From Opitutales bacterium (GTDB taxonomy: Bacteria > Verrucomicrobiota > Verrucomicrobiia > Opitutales > PNEW01), in NCBI GenBank assembly GCA_965197745.1, contig CBDANS010000007.1:352001-416000 (forward strand): DNA of 64,000 nt. Direction: 5' to 3'. Both the position numbers and the translations under genes were made by a program. The number at the start of each line of letters is the position of its first letter. The stretch's first letter is position 1. The notes below the pieces were generated by a model, which was not told the DNA's origin, made no database searches, and saw only the letters and a program-made list of their open reading frames with translations. This document shows, one piece after another, positions 31,209 to 41,025 of the stretch.

Positions 31209-32061
31209 TACCCACATACATTTGTTTGATCGACCCTTTGCGTTGGCATTCAATGCCGATCATATCAAGAGAGGACCGGAAGGAGAGGTGACCCAGTATG
31301 AAAATTTTCGCCGCACTCATGATATTTCTCATGCATTCATCATATGCTACGAATATCGCCCGAATCCCAGGAATAACGAATACGTCTTAAATCTTTCTAA
31401 ACGTCGCAAGTGGATCCTTCCCTTCGGATTTCTGAGGTCCAATCCCACGACGATGGCAAGGCATGCGGCGAAGCTTTTAAAGAAGAAATTTTTCGGTCTG
31501 ACGTTTTACCCGGATTCCACTGACGGCGTTTGGAATACCAAAAGCACCCGTTGGATGGCCGAGCGTAAAATGCATGACTTCTGGGCTCTGGTGGAGGAGC
31601 AAGAGGTGCCGGTTAGTATAAACATGAGTTACCGAAGTATTCCAACCCTGCTTAAAGCGCTGGATCGTTACCCAAATTGTATCTTGTTGCTCGCTCACAT
31701 GGCCTTCCCAGTCGTTAAAAACGGAAAATTGAACAAACCCTTTCTGGTCACTAAAGAACTAAAAAATTACCCCAATGTGTTTGTTAAGTTATCCGGCTTT
31801 TATGATTTATCTGCGAAAGGGTGGAAGTACCCTCAGGACGATATGTTTCCCGCGGTGGACTTTTTGCGTGATCATTTTACGCCCAAGCGCCTGTTGTTTG
31901 CGTCGGACGCCGCTCCGGTCCTGCCATTCAATACCATGAAACAGACGGTGGAAATGTTGCGAACGGAATATCGTGGTTTTTCCAAAAAAGAGATTCAGGA
32001 CATTTATTTTCGAAATGCGGCAGAAATTGTCCGACATCGCCAGGCAATTTTAAAAAGATAA
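31195..32061 (+). CDS. Amidohydrolase_2 family protein (lactonase-like)
   Basis: IIDTHIH, NNEYVL, LLAHMAFP, PNVFVKLSG, RLLFASD; overlaps the upstream gene. Confidence 0.88.
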   Translation: MPIIDTHIHLFDRPFALAFNADHIKRGPEGEVTQYENFRRTHDISHAFIICYEYRPNPRNNEYVLNLSKRRKWILPFGFLRSNPTTMARHAAKLLKKKFFGLTFYPDSTDGVWNTKSTRWMAERKMHDFWALVEEQEVPVSINMSYRSIPTLLKALDRYPNCILLLAHMAFPVVKNGKLNKPFLVTKELKNYPNVFVKLSGFYDLSAKGWKYPQDDMFPAVDFLRDHFTPKRLLFASDAAPVLPFNTMKQTVEMLRTEYRGFSKKEIQDIYFRNAAEIVRHRQAILKR

Positions 32062-32180
32062 TATCAATATTATTAAGAAATTATAATAAAGAATTGAATT
32101 AATTATCAAAGATAGCAGTCTCGTGGCTTTCGCTTATCCTTCATATGATTTAATTCAATCGCGAAAAAATCTAGAAAGTT

Positions 32181-33017
32181 ATGTACGATCTTAATGGCAA
32201 AGTAGCCATAGTTACGGGTGCGGGTGCGGAGCTGGGTATCGGCCGGGCTATTGCTACGCGTCTGGCAAAAGAGGGGGCTGACGTGGTCGTCAGCGACATC
32301 ATAGCTCAACCATTTCCCGATCTTTCACCCGGATGGGATGGTCTGTCGTCAGTGGCAGGCGAAATAGAAACCTGTGGTCGGAAGGCATTGAGCATCCTTG
32401 CGGATGTAACGGATGCCGATAGTGTGCAACAGTTGGTGGACCAGACAATGGCAGCGTTTGGCCGAATTGATATTCTCGTGAATAACGCCGGCTCCAGTCC
32501 CGGAAAGGACAGGGTTCTCGTTGTCGATTTAGAGGAAGAAGCCTGGGACCGGATCCAGAAGATCAATTCCAAAGGAACATTTCTCTGCTGTCGTGCAGTT
32601 GCCCGTGTGATGATTGAGCAGGGGGAAGGCGGCAAGATCATTAATATGTCGTCAGTGTCTGGAAAAACCGGAACCTCCCGCTTCGCCGCTTACTGCGCGT
32701 CCAAGTTTGCGGTTGTTGGATTTACACAGGTATTGGCGAGGGAGTTGGGTGAGCACCATATCAATGTTAATGCTATTTGTCCCGGTCACGTTGAAACTAA
32801 CCGGATGGATCATATGGCATCCGCCCTTATGCCGGTTGACATGACAAAAGAGGCATTCATCGAGAAGTATCATAAAAACGTACTCGCAAACACGCCTCTT
32901 AAGCATCTGGCAAATGGAGAAGATATCGCTAAAGCAGCCGCATTTCTAGCATCATCCGAGTCCGATTATCTTACGGGTCTTTCGCTTTCCGTCACGGGAG
33001 GAAGCTTCATGCTTTAG
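32181..33017 (+). CDS. Classical SDR oxidoreductase
   Basis: TGAGAELGIG, NNAG, SSVSG, YCASK, ICPG. Confidence 0.93.
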   Translation: MYDLNGKVAIVTGAGAELGIGRAIATRLAKEGADVVVSDIIAQPFPDLSPGWDGLSSVAGEIETCGRKALSILADVTDADSVQQLVDQTMAAFGRIDILVNNAGSSPGKDRVLVVDLEEEAWDRIQKINSKGTFLCCRAVARVMIEQGEGGKIINMSSVSGKTGTSRFAAYCASKFAVVGFTQVLARELGEHHINVNAICPGHVETNRMDHMASALMPVDMTKEAFIEKYHKNVLANTPLKHLANGEDIAKAAAFLASSESDYLTGLSLSVTGGSFML

Positions 33018-33143
33018 AAGGGAGATCCTTGCCATTACGGATTTTACCGTTGAATCAATGAAGCTGAAAGAAAATTCGGCATTCGTTCAGTTGAGAGTAA
33101 ACTTTATCATCTAAACGCTGATTGGAGACAACAGGCATCCCCC

Positions 33144-33268
33144 TGGATTGCCGCGGCTGACAAGCAGCCTCGCAATGACAATCGAAAAATCAGGCAACGT
33201 GTAATATCTATTTATTAAAGATTTTACCCCTGTTGTCATTGCGAGGAGTGAAGCGACGAAGCAATCCA
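33144..33268. repeat. Pair of GTCATTGCGAG...GCAATCC-type palindromic elements (RPE/REP-like)
   Basis: TGGATTGCC...CCTCGCAATGACA (33144-33180) and TGTCATTGCGAGG...GCAATCCA (33234-33268), in inverted orientation. Confidence 0.8.
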
Positions 33269-33500
33269 AGCGAATAATCATTGTTCCTACAAATACAATT
33301 CTCCACTTAATTCATTCCGAAGAGAATTCGGCTACAAATTCTCCTTTAAAATAGTCAACATTAATAAAATGGCTATGAACAGTCGGCATTCTGTTGTCGC
33401 GGGGCCACAATTGACATGGCAAGAACCACAAGAAAGAGAAAAAGAAAATAACCAATAAAATCCAATCGACATTTACGCTAAACATTTTAAACCGTTGTAA

Positions 33501-34457
33501 ATGAAAATCGTATTGGCTTTTGATTTAGGAGAAGCATTCGTTAATGATTTGCGGGCATCGTTTCCCGATCATGATTTTCGAACGGCCTACACACCCGAGG
33601 GCCAATTGAGAGAAGTAGTTGATGCTGAGGTCCAGTTCGGAGAAATCAGTCGGGAAGCATTCGATGCGGCTGAAAAACTGCGCTGGTTCCATTTTATCGG
33701 TATGGGTGTCGATAACTATATGAATAATTTCCCGGAAATGTTCGATCATAAGTTCATCGTTACCCGCGCACCGGGAACGCATGTTATCCCCATGGCGGAG
33801 CATACTTTTGCCATGATCCTCGCCTATGCTCATAAAATTCCCGATTTTATCGACGAACAAAAAGCGCATCAGTGGAGAACAGAAAATTACATGAACGTCA
33901 TAATGGAGCTGGCTGGAACGACTATGGGAATTATCTCCATGGGGGGTATCGGCAAGGCCATTGCGCAGCGTGCCCAGGGATTTGATATGGACGTTTATGC
34001 GGTCGATAAGTACCCCATGTCTTCACCACCCGGTGTTCGGGAAGTGTGGGGAATGGATCGCTTGGATGAACTCCTCGGACAGTCTGACTGGCTGGTTGTC
34101 ACCACACCCTATACCAGGGAGAGTCATAATCTACTGGACCGCGAACGTATCGCGCGGATCAAGCAAGGAGCCTATTTCATGGTAATGTCAAGAGGGGGGA
34201 TCGTCGACGAAGATGCTCTGATCGATGCGCTTCGATCGGGACAGATCGCCGGAGCTGGATTCGACGCCTTCGCCCAGGAACCGCTCCCTTCTGACAGTCC
34301 AATATGGGACTTGCCAAATGTGCTCATATCCCCTCACGTATCCGCGCACACGCCGCAACTATGGGTGCGAAGAGGGCAGATATTTAAGGATAATCTCCAA
34401 CGCTATATTGCCGGTGAACCGCTCATGCATGTGTGTGATCTTAATACCGAGTTTTGA
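33501..34457 (+). CDS. D-2-hydroxyacid dehydrogenase family protein
   Basis: MAEH, MGGIGKAIA, SRGGIVDEDAL, DAF..EPLP, SPHVS. Confidence 0.92.
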   Translation: MKIVLAFDLGEAFVNDLRASFPDHDFRTAYTPEGQLREVVDAEVQFGEISREAFDAAEKLRWFHFIGMGVDNYMNNFPEMFDHKFIVTRAPGTHVIPMAEHTFAMILAYAHKIPDFIDEQKAHQWRTENYMNVIMELAGTTMGIISMGGIGKAIAQRAQGFDMDVYAVDKYPMSSPPGVREVWGMDRLDELLGQSDWLVVTTPYTRESHNLLDRERIARIKQGAYFMVMSRGGIVDEDALIDALRSGQIAGAGFDAFAQEPLPSDSPIWDLPNVLISPHVSAHTPQLWVRRGQIFKDNLQRYIAGEPLMHVCDLNTEF

Positions 34458-34473
34458 TCGCTGGGAAGTAGTC

Positions 34474-34849
34474 GGGGTTCAGGGTTCAGGTAAAATAACG
34501 ATAGTTAGAAGTGAACAGTAATCGGTAAACGGTGAATGAATCATCTTCCAGAAAGTGCCCATCGTTGGCCAGAAACCATACGCAAGATAAGAGAACCGTA
34601 CGGGGGCTCCCATTCAGGCTTTCCAGAACCCTTAACCCCGAACCCTGCCTTTTGTATATCTTTCTTAGTTATGTGTGAGGAGGGATTGATATCCGACGTT
34701 TGATATTTGATATGAGAGATGTCGGTTTTTAACCTCGGTACGAAGTTCGAGTTATTTAATTTCCTTCGTATATCACATATCGGATATCGTACCGAGGACG
34801 AAGTCCGACATCTTCCAAATCGTATATCTCTCTCTAAACCCTGAACCCT
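34474..34849. repeat. Intergenic mosaic of heptamer repeats and nested inverted repeats
   Basis: GGGTTCA units with complementary (T/C)GAACCC units; GATAT(T/C) heptamers; perfect IR CCTCGGTACGA (34733-34743)/TCGTACCGAGG (34787-34797). Confidence 0.75.
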
Positions 34850-34866
34850 CTCAAACAAGAATTCCC

Positions 34867-34944
34867 ATGTATGATTTAAATGGCAAAGTTGCCTTCGTCC
34901 CAGGCGGTGCGTTTACATTTTACTTTGATGCAATAGCCGATTGA
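34867..34944 (+). pseudogene. 5' remnant of an SDR gene
   Basis: MYDLNGKVAFVPGGA versus MYDLNGKVAIVTGAGA of the SDR at 32181; stops after 25 codons. Confidence 0.65.
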
Positions 34945-34973
34945 CTAATGAAAAATCACAAGAAAGAACTTCT

Positions 34974-36176
34974 ATGAAAATTAAAGAGCTTAAGACTTAC
35001 GTCGTGGCCAATCCACCGCCCCATCGTGGGGGACTTTATTTTGTTTTCTTGAAGTTGACGACGGATGACGGAATCGAGGGCATCGGTGAAGCTTACGGAG
35101 TGCCTTTTCACCCGAACAAAGTTGCAGGGCTGATTGAAGATATCGTTGAACGTTATGTTATAGATTGGGATCCCTTTAAAATTGAAAGCCTATGGCGGAT
35201 CATCTACTCGAGTGGGTTTTCTCAGCATCCCGATCTGACTTTAATGGGAATCCTTAGTGGAATAGAAATGGCTTGTTGGGATATAATCGGTAAGGCACTC
35301 AATCAGCCGATTTATAACTTACTCGGCGGTCAGGTCCATGAAAAGCTTCGCTCATATACCTACATCTACCCGGCACCCCAAAGTGATACTAAAGATGCCT
35401 GGTCCATAGCCGATGTATTCGGCCACCCTGAGCTCACTCCAAAAAGAGCTGCCGATTACATGGCGCAGGGATTTACAGCGATAAAATTCGATCCCGTGAT
35501 GCCCATGGGATCCTTTGACCCAAGACAGCTTTCACTTGAGGTCTTGGATAATGCGGAGCTGGTTATAAAGAATACTCGTGAAGCCGTCGGAAGCAAATGT
35601 GACCTGCTTATCGGAACACACGGGCAAATGACAACGTCCAGTGCCATCCGCCTCGCTAAAAGAATGGAGCCGTTTGACCCGCTGTGGTTTGAAGAGCCGG
35701 TGCCACCGGAAAATAGAAATGAGATGGCTCGGGTTGCCCGGTCAACGAGCATTCCCGTTGCCTCGGGCGAGCGTTTGACGACAAAGTATGAATTTGTCGA
35801 GTTACTGGAAAAACAGGCCGCTGCTATTATTCAGCCCGCGCTCGGACGAGTGGGGGGGATATTAGAGGCCAAGAAGATTGCGGGCATGGCGGAAGCGCAC
35901 TACGCCCAGCTTGCCCCGCACTTATATTGTGGACCGATTGAAGCGGCCGCCAATATACAGATTGGAACCTGCAGCCCCAATTTCCTGATCCAGGAAAGCA
36001 TTGAGACTTTCGGCGGTTTCCATGCCGAGATAATCAAAGAACCTATTCTTTGGGAGGACGGTTACATTATACCCCCTGAAAAACCTGGTCTCGGCGTCGA
36101 GTTGAATGAGGAAGTAGTAGCTGACATCCCCTATACCGGCCCCATCTTCCCTGAGATGGAGGATAAACCCATTTGA
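34974..36176 (+). CDS. Mandelate racemase/muconate lactonizing enzyme (galactonate dehydratase-like enolase superfamily)
   Basis: TDDGIEGIGE, IEMACWDIIGK, LLGG, KFDP, WFEEP, ASGE, APH, PGLGVELNE. Confidence 0.92.
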   Translation: MKIKELKTYVVANPPPHRGGLYFVFLKLTTDDGIEGIGEAYGVPFHPNKVAGLIEDIVERYVIDWDPFKIESLWRIIYSSGFSQHPDLTLMGILSGIEMACWDIIGKALNQPIYNLLGGQVHEKLRSYTYIYPAPQSDTKDAWSIADVFGHPELTPKRAADYMAQGFTAIKFDPVMPMGSFDPRQLSLEVLDNAELVIKNTREAVGSKCDLLIGTHGQMTTSSAIRLAKRMEPFDPLWFEEPVPPENRNEMARVARSTSIPVASGERLTTKYEFVELLEKQAAAIIQPALGRVGGILEAKKIAGMAEAHYAQLAPHLYCGPIEAAANIQIGTCSPNFLIQESIETFGGFHAEIIKEPILWEDGYIIPPEKPGLGVELNEEVVADIPYTGPIFPEMEDKPI

Positions 36177-36326
36177 TTGTCGATTTTCGATGATGGATGT
36201 CGGTCTTCGCCCTCGGTAGCCGATTGATCCAGGATTATCGATACAGATTTTCGAGGTTCAGGGTTAAGCAAAGATAGCAGTAATTTCTTGAATCAATCGA
36301 CAATCGACATTCTAAAATCGAAAATT
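36176..36326. repeat. GATTGTC/GACAATC heptamer inverted repeats plus a copy of the 23-bp unit
   Basis: gattgtcgattttcga... versus ...aatcgacaatcgacattctaaaatcga; GATGTCGGTCTTCGCCCTCGGTA at 36196-36218. Confidence 0.65.
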
Positions 36327-36329
36327 GAT

Positions 36330-38912
36330 TCAATCCTCTCTTTTAAGGACCGTATAAAGGGTCAGTCCCACCAATGATTTTTCCCTCTCGGGTAAAATCA
36401 GGCTGGCCAGATACCCGGCGATAAGACAGACCATAAATCCAATTGTGGGGTAGAGAAATAAATTTATCGGAGTGTGGTATTTAACATAATAGAGGACTAC
36501 GGCACTGATGATCGCACCGACTAAAGCCCCAATACCATTCGCCCGTCGGGTAAAAATACCCAATGCAAATAATCCACCCAATCCACCGATAAAAAGCCCT
36601 AATACAGAGCTGGCAAATATAACGGCAGAATAAATATTAAAGGATACCAGCATTATGGCGACGGCCGTAGCAAAGAGTCCAACAATAAAGGTAATGGCAC
36701 GCGCCAGTTTTAAATAAATATGATCAGATTTATGGGGTTTAAATCTACGATAAAAATCAGTGACAAAGACGGTGGCTATAGAGTTCATCCCACTGTCCAG
36801 ACTTGACATCGCTGCGGAAAAGATGGCGGCAATAACAAATCCGGCAAGACCATAGGGAAGATTCTGCGCAATGAAGAGAGGAAATATCGCATCATTCCGC
36901 ATTCCCAAGCTGACATTGGCCGGGTGCGTTTTGTAATAAGCGTAGAGAGCTGATCCCATGTAAAGGACGATTGTGGCAAGAGGAAGAGCGGCAAAAGTAT
37001 TTAACCATAAGCCTTTCGCGGCTGATTTTTCATCCTTCGTCGTAAGAAACCTTTGGATCCTGCTTTGGTCGGAGGATAAGACAATAAAAGTACCCATAGC
37101 ACCACTAATTAATAATACCCATAATGTCGGTTCGGTAATGTCCCAGTCCAGATACCACATGCGATATTTATCATCAGTGATACCAATATCGATCACCCCC
37201 TTAATACCGTTATCGACATTAATGAAGATGACGATCAGGGCAATAATGAGTCCGGCAATGAAAATAAACACTTGTATAACATCTGACCATATCACCGCTT
37301 CAATACCGCCCAGTACCGTGTAGATGGTACTTATCAGCCCTAATGAGAGTATGCACACATAGATATTCATCCCCGTGATGGTGGAGAGAACAATTGCGGG
37401 TAGATACATGATCAGACTGATCCGCAACAATTGAAATAAAATAAACTGTGAACTCCCGAATAAGCGAACAGCGAGGTTAAATCGTTTCTCCAGGTATTCA
37501 TAAGCGGTAGTAATATTCAGCCTTCGATAAAATGGCAGGTAAAAATAAATAATCATGATAGGTGCGAAAAAGAACCCGATCCTCGCGGGAAAATAAAACC
37601 AGTCCGTAGAAAAAGATAATGCCGGATGGGCAATATAAGTTACGGCACTAAGCCCAGTCCCTAACAAACTGAGCCCTGCCGCCCACCAGGGAATTCGGCG
37701 GCCAGCAATAAAGTAATCCTCTGTTCCCTTCTCCCGCCTGGAAAAGTAAATACCAATATAAATAATGGCCACCATATAGAGAACGAGAAAAAAGTAATTT
37801 ACAGTGCCGAAGGAAGTGTTCGCGCCCGAATCGTGAATCACTAATTGCACCTTTGGCGTGTTTATCCCGGGTTCGGTCTCTCCACTGGTTAAGACGATGC
37901 CTTCTCCCCAGGATACTGCTTCCGCAGATACTACGCTTAAGGGTATTTCATCTTTAATCAGCCAGGTATCCGTGATCGTATGATAGACGAGAAGATCAGG
38001 TGAATAAGGCTGATCATCATCTCCCTTTTCTACGGGTTTTACCCCCACCTCATTTATGGCCTTACCACCAAAAATTAGAACATGTGATTGACCGTAGGCA
38101 ATTCCGGGAGCCGCAGTTACGGGATGGGGAGCGTCGGATATCCGTTCCCACTGCTCTTCATTCAGTGAGTAGCGGTGGCCGTCAGTCAATTGCCTCGTTC
38201 GAATTTCACCCTTTTCATTTTCGGACAGTTCTTCTCCTCCAATAATATATACATTTTTTCTATAACCGGTATTTTGGGCTACGACGACAGCATTTCTTCG
38301 GGCTGAACCCTTCCAGGTTTCTAACGGTTTCCAGCTTGCTGTTAGATTTTTAAGGTCGAGTGACCAAAAGATTTTTCTTAAGTTCGATTCCTTATCTTCA
38401 ATCAGTCCGCCGGCAACATATATGACCTCATCGATTTCAGCGGCGCCCATTAATGAGAGCGGTTGCGGGAGGGGTGGCAGGGACACCTGATTTATTAATT
38501 GAGATGCGGCATTCCATCTTAATTGAGTGACCAGGTCATGATTACCTTCAGCATTGCTCCCCCCAATGAGGATCAAACTTTCCCCCCTGCTGACGGATGC
38601 GCCGAAAGCTAATGGCATTTTCAGTTTAAACCCCGTTCGCCAAGTTTCATCTTCAGCGTCAGTCAGGACATAAATATCATCATACCATGTTCTTCTTATC
38701 CCGTCTCTTGCATCGTGATAATTGGATCCCCCCGCAACGATTAAGGCGCCGTTGCTGACACCGGCGAAAGCTCCGTCCAGCCCATGTTCATTGGGCAGTT
38801 CGGGTAGTTCCTCCCAGTCAATTACGTCTTTTTCCGGAGTTGCGCTTTCAGAAATTCCTGCAATGGTGAAAAAAACGGATAGAAAAATGACGGTTGCAGA
38901 GGAATTCTTCAT
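36330..38912 (-). CDS. Kelch/NanM-like mutarotase-SSS symporter fusion; paralogue of 25111-27690
   Basis: Same architecture and colinear, with high similarity (860 vs 859 aa). Confidence 0.92.
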   Translation of the reverse strand: MKNSSATVIFLSVFFTIAGISESATPEKDVIDWEELPELPNEHGLDGAFAGVSNGALIVAGGSNYHDARDGIRRTWYDDIYVLTDAEDETWRTGFKLKMPLAFGASVSRGESLILIGGSNAEGNHDLVTQLRWNAASQLINQVSLPPLPQPLSLMGAAEIDEVIYVAGGLIEDKESNLRKIFWSLDLKNLTASWKPLETWKGSARRNAVVVAQNTGYRKNVYIIGGEELSENEKGEIRTRQLTDGHRYSLNEEQWERISDAPHPVTAAPGIAYGQSHVLIFGGKAINEVGVKPVEKGDDDQPYSPDLLVYHTITDTWLIKDEIPLSVVSAEAVSWGEGIVLTSGETEPGINTPKVQLVIHDSGANTSFGTVNYFFLVLYMVAIIYIGIYFSRREKGTEDYFIAGRRIPWWAAGLSLLGTGLSAVTYIAHPALSFSTDWFYFPARIGFFFAPIMIIYFYLPFYRRLNITTAYEYLEKRFNLAVRLFGSSQFILFQLLRISLIMYLPAIVLSTITGMNIYVCILSLGLISTIYTVLGGIEAVIWSDVIQVFIFIAGLIIALIVIFINVDNGIKGVIDIGITDDKYRMWYLDWDITEPTLWVLLISGAMGTFIVLSSDQSRIQRFLTTKDEKSAAKGLWLNTFAALPLATIVLYMGSALYAYYKTHPANVSLGMRNDAIFPLFIAQNLPYGLAGFVIAAIFSAAMSSLDSGMNSIATVFVTDFYRRFKPHKSDHIYLKLARAITFIVGLFATAVAIMLVSFNIYSAVIFASSVLGLFIGGLGGLFALGIFTRRANGIGALVGAIISAVVLYYVKYHTPINLFLYPTIGFMVCLIAGYLASLILPEREKSLVGLTLYTVLKRED

Positions 38913-38924
38913 AAGAATGGCATA

Positions 38925-38955
38925 AGGGTGGTTTCAGTATATAAAGCTGTCCAGT
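38925..38955 (-). promoter_or_regulatory. Putative promoter (TGGACA-N17-CACCCT), conserved with the paralogue
   Basis: AGCTGTCCAGT at 38945-38955. Confidence 0.45.
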
Positions 38956-39102
38956 AAACTTTTCTATTTCCGGTTTGAGTAAGGCTGAATATATCTCATT
39001 GAGAAATGGTGAACATCGGTTAACTCTATTGGCATCGATGGATCATATTTAGCACTAATGGGTAAGCGAACCCCCTATGGGATAAATGAAATGGAGTAAA
39101 AA

Positions 39103-39900
39103 ATGAGTGACCGTTTAAAAGAAAAAATAGTGATCGTAACCGGTGCCGGTTCCGGTGGACCGGGTTGGGGAAATGGCAAAGCGGCAGCTGTCCTCTTTGC
39201 CCGGGAAGGAGCAAAAATATTCGCTGTTGATATTAACCCAACAGCTGCCGAGGAAACAAAAGCTATAATTGATGAGGAGGGGGGTGAATGTACCGTTCAT
39301 GAAGCCGATGTTTCACAGGTTGAGAAGGTTGAGCGTATGGTAAATCGTTGCCTTGAGATATATGGTCGAATTGATGTCCTACATAATAATGTGGGTATCA
39401 ATGAAATTGGTGGATGTGTCGAAGCGAGTGAAAAAAGTTGGGATCATGTTATGGACGTAAATCTCAAAAGCATGTTTCTGACTTGTAAATATGTCTTGCC
39501 TCATATGGAGCAACAAGGGGGTGGAGTAATTGTAAACCTCTCATCCATAGCTTCGATTCGGTGGTATGGTATAGCCTCGGTTGCTTATAATGCCAGTAAA
39601 GGGGCCATAAATCAACTTACCCAGAGTATCGCAATTCAGTACGCTAAGAAAAACATACGGGCCAATGCGATATTGCCCGGTCTTATGAATACACCCCTGG
39701 TTGTGAATGCCTTGGGTGATTACTATGCAGGCGATATACAAAAGATGATAGAAATCCGTGATAACTTATGCCCCACCGGAAAAATGGGCGATGCCTGGGA
39801 TGTTGCTTATGCCGCCCTCTTCCTCGCCTCGGACGAAGCAAAATATATTACGGGCACCCAGCTCGTCGTCGATGGCGGCCTCACTTGTAAGTGTGTATAA
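39103..39900 (+). CDS. Classical SDR oxidoreductase
   Basis: TGAGSGGPGWGNGKA, HNNVGI, SSIAS, YNASK, LPGLMNTP, GDAWDVAYAALFLASDEA. Confidence 0.93.
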   Translation: MSDRLKEKIVIVTGAGSGGPGWGNGKAAAVLFAREGAKIFAVDINPTAAEETKAIIDEEGGECTVHEADVSQVEKVERMVNRCLEIYGRIDVLHNNVGINEIGGCVEASEKSWDHVMDVNLKSMFLTCKYVLPHMEQQGGGVIVNLSSIASIRWYGIASVAYNASKGAINQLTQSIAIQYAKKNIRANAILPGLMNTPLVVNALGDYYAGDIQKMIEIRDNLCPTGKMGDAWDVAYAALFLASDEAKYITGTQLVVDGGLTCKCV

Positions 39901-39925
39901 AATAATTAAAATGTAAATTGTCGTC

Positions 39926-41020
39926 ATGTCGGCTGAAAATAAATCCTCTGATCGGAATAACTTAATGAATATTTCCGATGCGGACATTCTAAAGCAGAAC
40001 GAGAGACTACAGGCCGCATTGCTTGCAGAAAATGAGGCCTGGACAGTCTCCGAATGTAAGCGAATATTAGAAAAAAATTCTCAGTGGGAGAGAGACTATA
40101 CCTCCTTGCGTGCTTACGAAAAGTGTATGGATCCCTATAGAGAAAACTGGCGGGAGACGATAGGTGAGATAAAAGTTGAAAGTGAATTCCAGCCGGAAAT
40201 GGAACCTTTTTTTGAAGATGATATTTCGGTGGGAGAATCAGTATCGATTAACGTCTTACCAGATTTAAAGGCGAGAGCAGTGTTGGCCCTGCCCAAGAAT
40301 AAGACAGGGCCATTGCCTCTCGTGGTTGCTCTGCATGGGATGCTGGGATCACCCTCCGTGGTCTTCGGCTTTAAAGACCCACAGGAAGCTGCCTATCATG
40401 GCTACGGGAGAGCGCTATTGAAAAAAGGATTTGCCGTGTTAGCGCCGGTTAGCATTAACGAATCCACTCCCAGGATTCGAGTGCATCGACTGAGTATGCT
40501 CTTGGGCAGTTCAATTACCGGTCTGGAGATTGGGAAAATTCGAAGATTGTTGGATTATGCTTCAGGTTTACCTGATATTGACGAGGAGCGGATAGGGATG
40601 TGGGGAATATCACTGGGGGGACTGTATACCATGTGCATAGCTGCTTTGGACAAGAGAATAAAAGCGGCTATCATGTGCGCATTCTTTATGGACCGGTTTG
40701 AAAAAATAGCCGTTGAATCATCACACTACAGTAGTTGGTTTCTCCCTCATGAAGAACACTTGTTGATACCGGGCTGGTTTAAGGGGGGCTTTTCCGACGC
40801 TAATCTTTTAAGCATGGTCTGTCCACGAGCGTTGCAGATTGCTGAGGGAAAAAAAGATCCAACCGGCTGGTGGCGGTTACAGGAAAAAGAATTTCAAAAG
40901 CTCTACCAACACTATGACCGGCTTGGTTTAAAAGAGAATATCGAATTCCTCTGTCACGAAGGAACGCATGAAGTCGTCATAGAGCCCGGCCTGCGGTTTT
41001 TGGAGAGAACGTTATTATGA
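39926..41020 (+). CDS. Alpha/beta-hydrolase (dienelactone hydrolase/acetylesterase-like)
   Basis: PLVVALHG, GISLGG nucleophile elbow, PRAL...G..D, GTH. Confidence 0.85.
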   Translation: MSAENKSSDRNNLMNISDADILKQNERLQAALLAENEAWTVSECKRILEKNSQWERDYTSLRAYEKCMDPYRENWRETIGEIKVESEFQPEMEPFFEDDISVGESVSINVLPDLKARAVLALPKNKTGPLPLVVALHGMLGSPSVVFGFKDPQEAAYHGYGRALLKKGFAVLAPVSINESTPRIRVHRLSMLLGSSITGLEIGKIRRLLDYASGLPDIDEERIGMWGISLGGLYTMCIAALDKRIKAAIMCAFFMDRFEKIAVESSHYSSWFLPHEEHLLIPGWFKGGFSDANLLSMVCPRALQIAEGKKDPTGWWRLQEKEFQKLYQHYDRLGLKENIEFLCHEGTHEVVIEPGLRFLERTLL

Positions 41021-41025
41021 AAATT

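Noticed and set aside
34541..34858. 105-aa ORF on the minus strand
   Set aside because: It is a translation of heptamer repeats (DIR/SDI patterns) with no family motif.
39049..39075. CIRCE-like half site TTAGCACT
   Set aside because: There is no GAGTGCTAA second half, and the adjacent genes are not chaperones.
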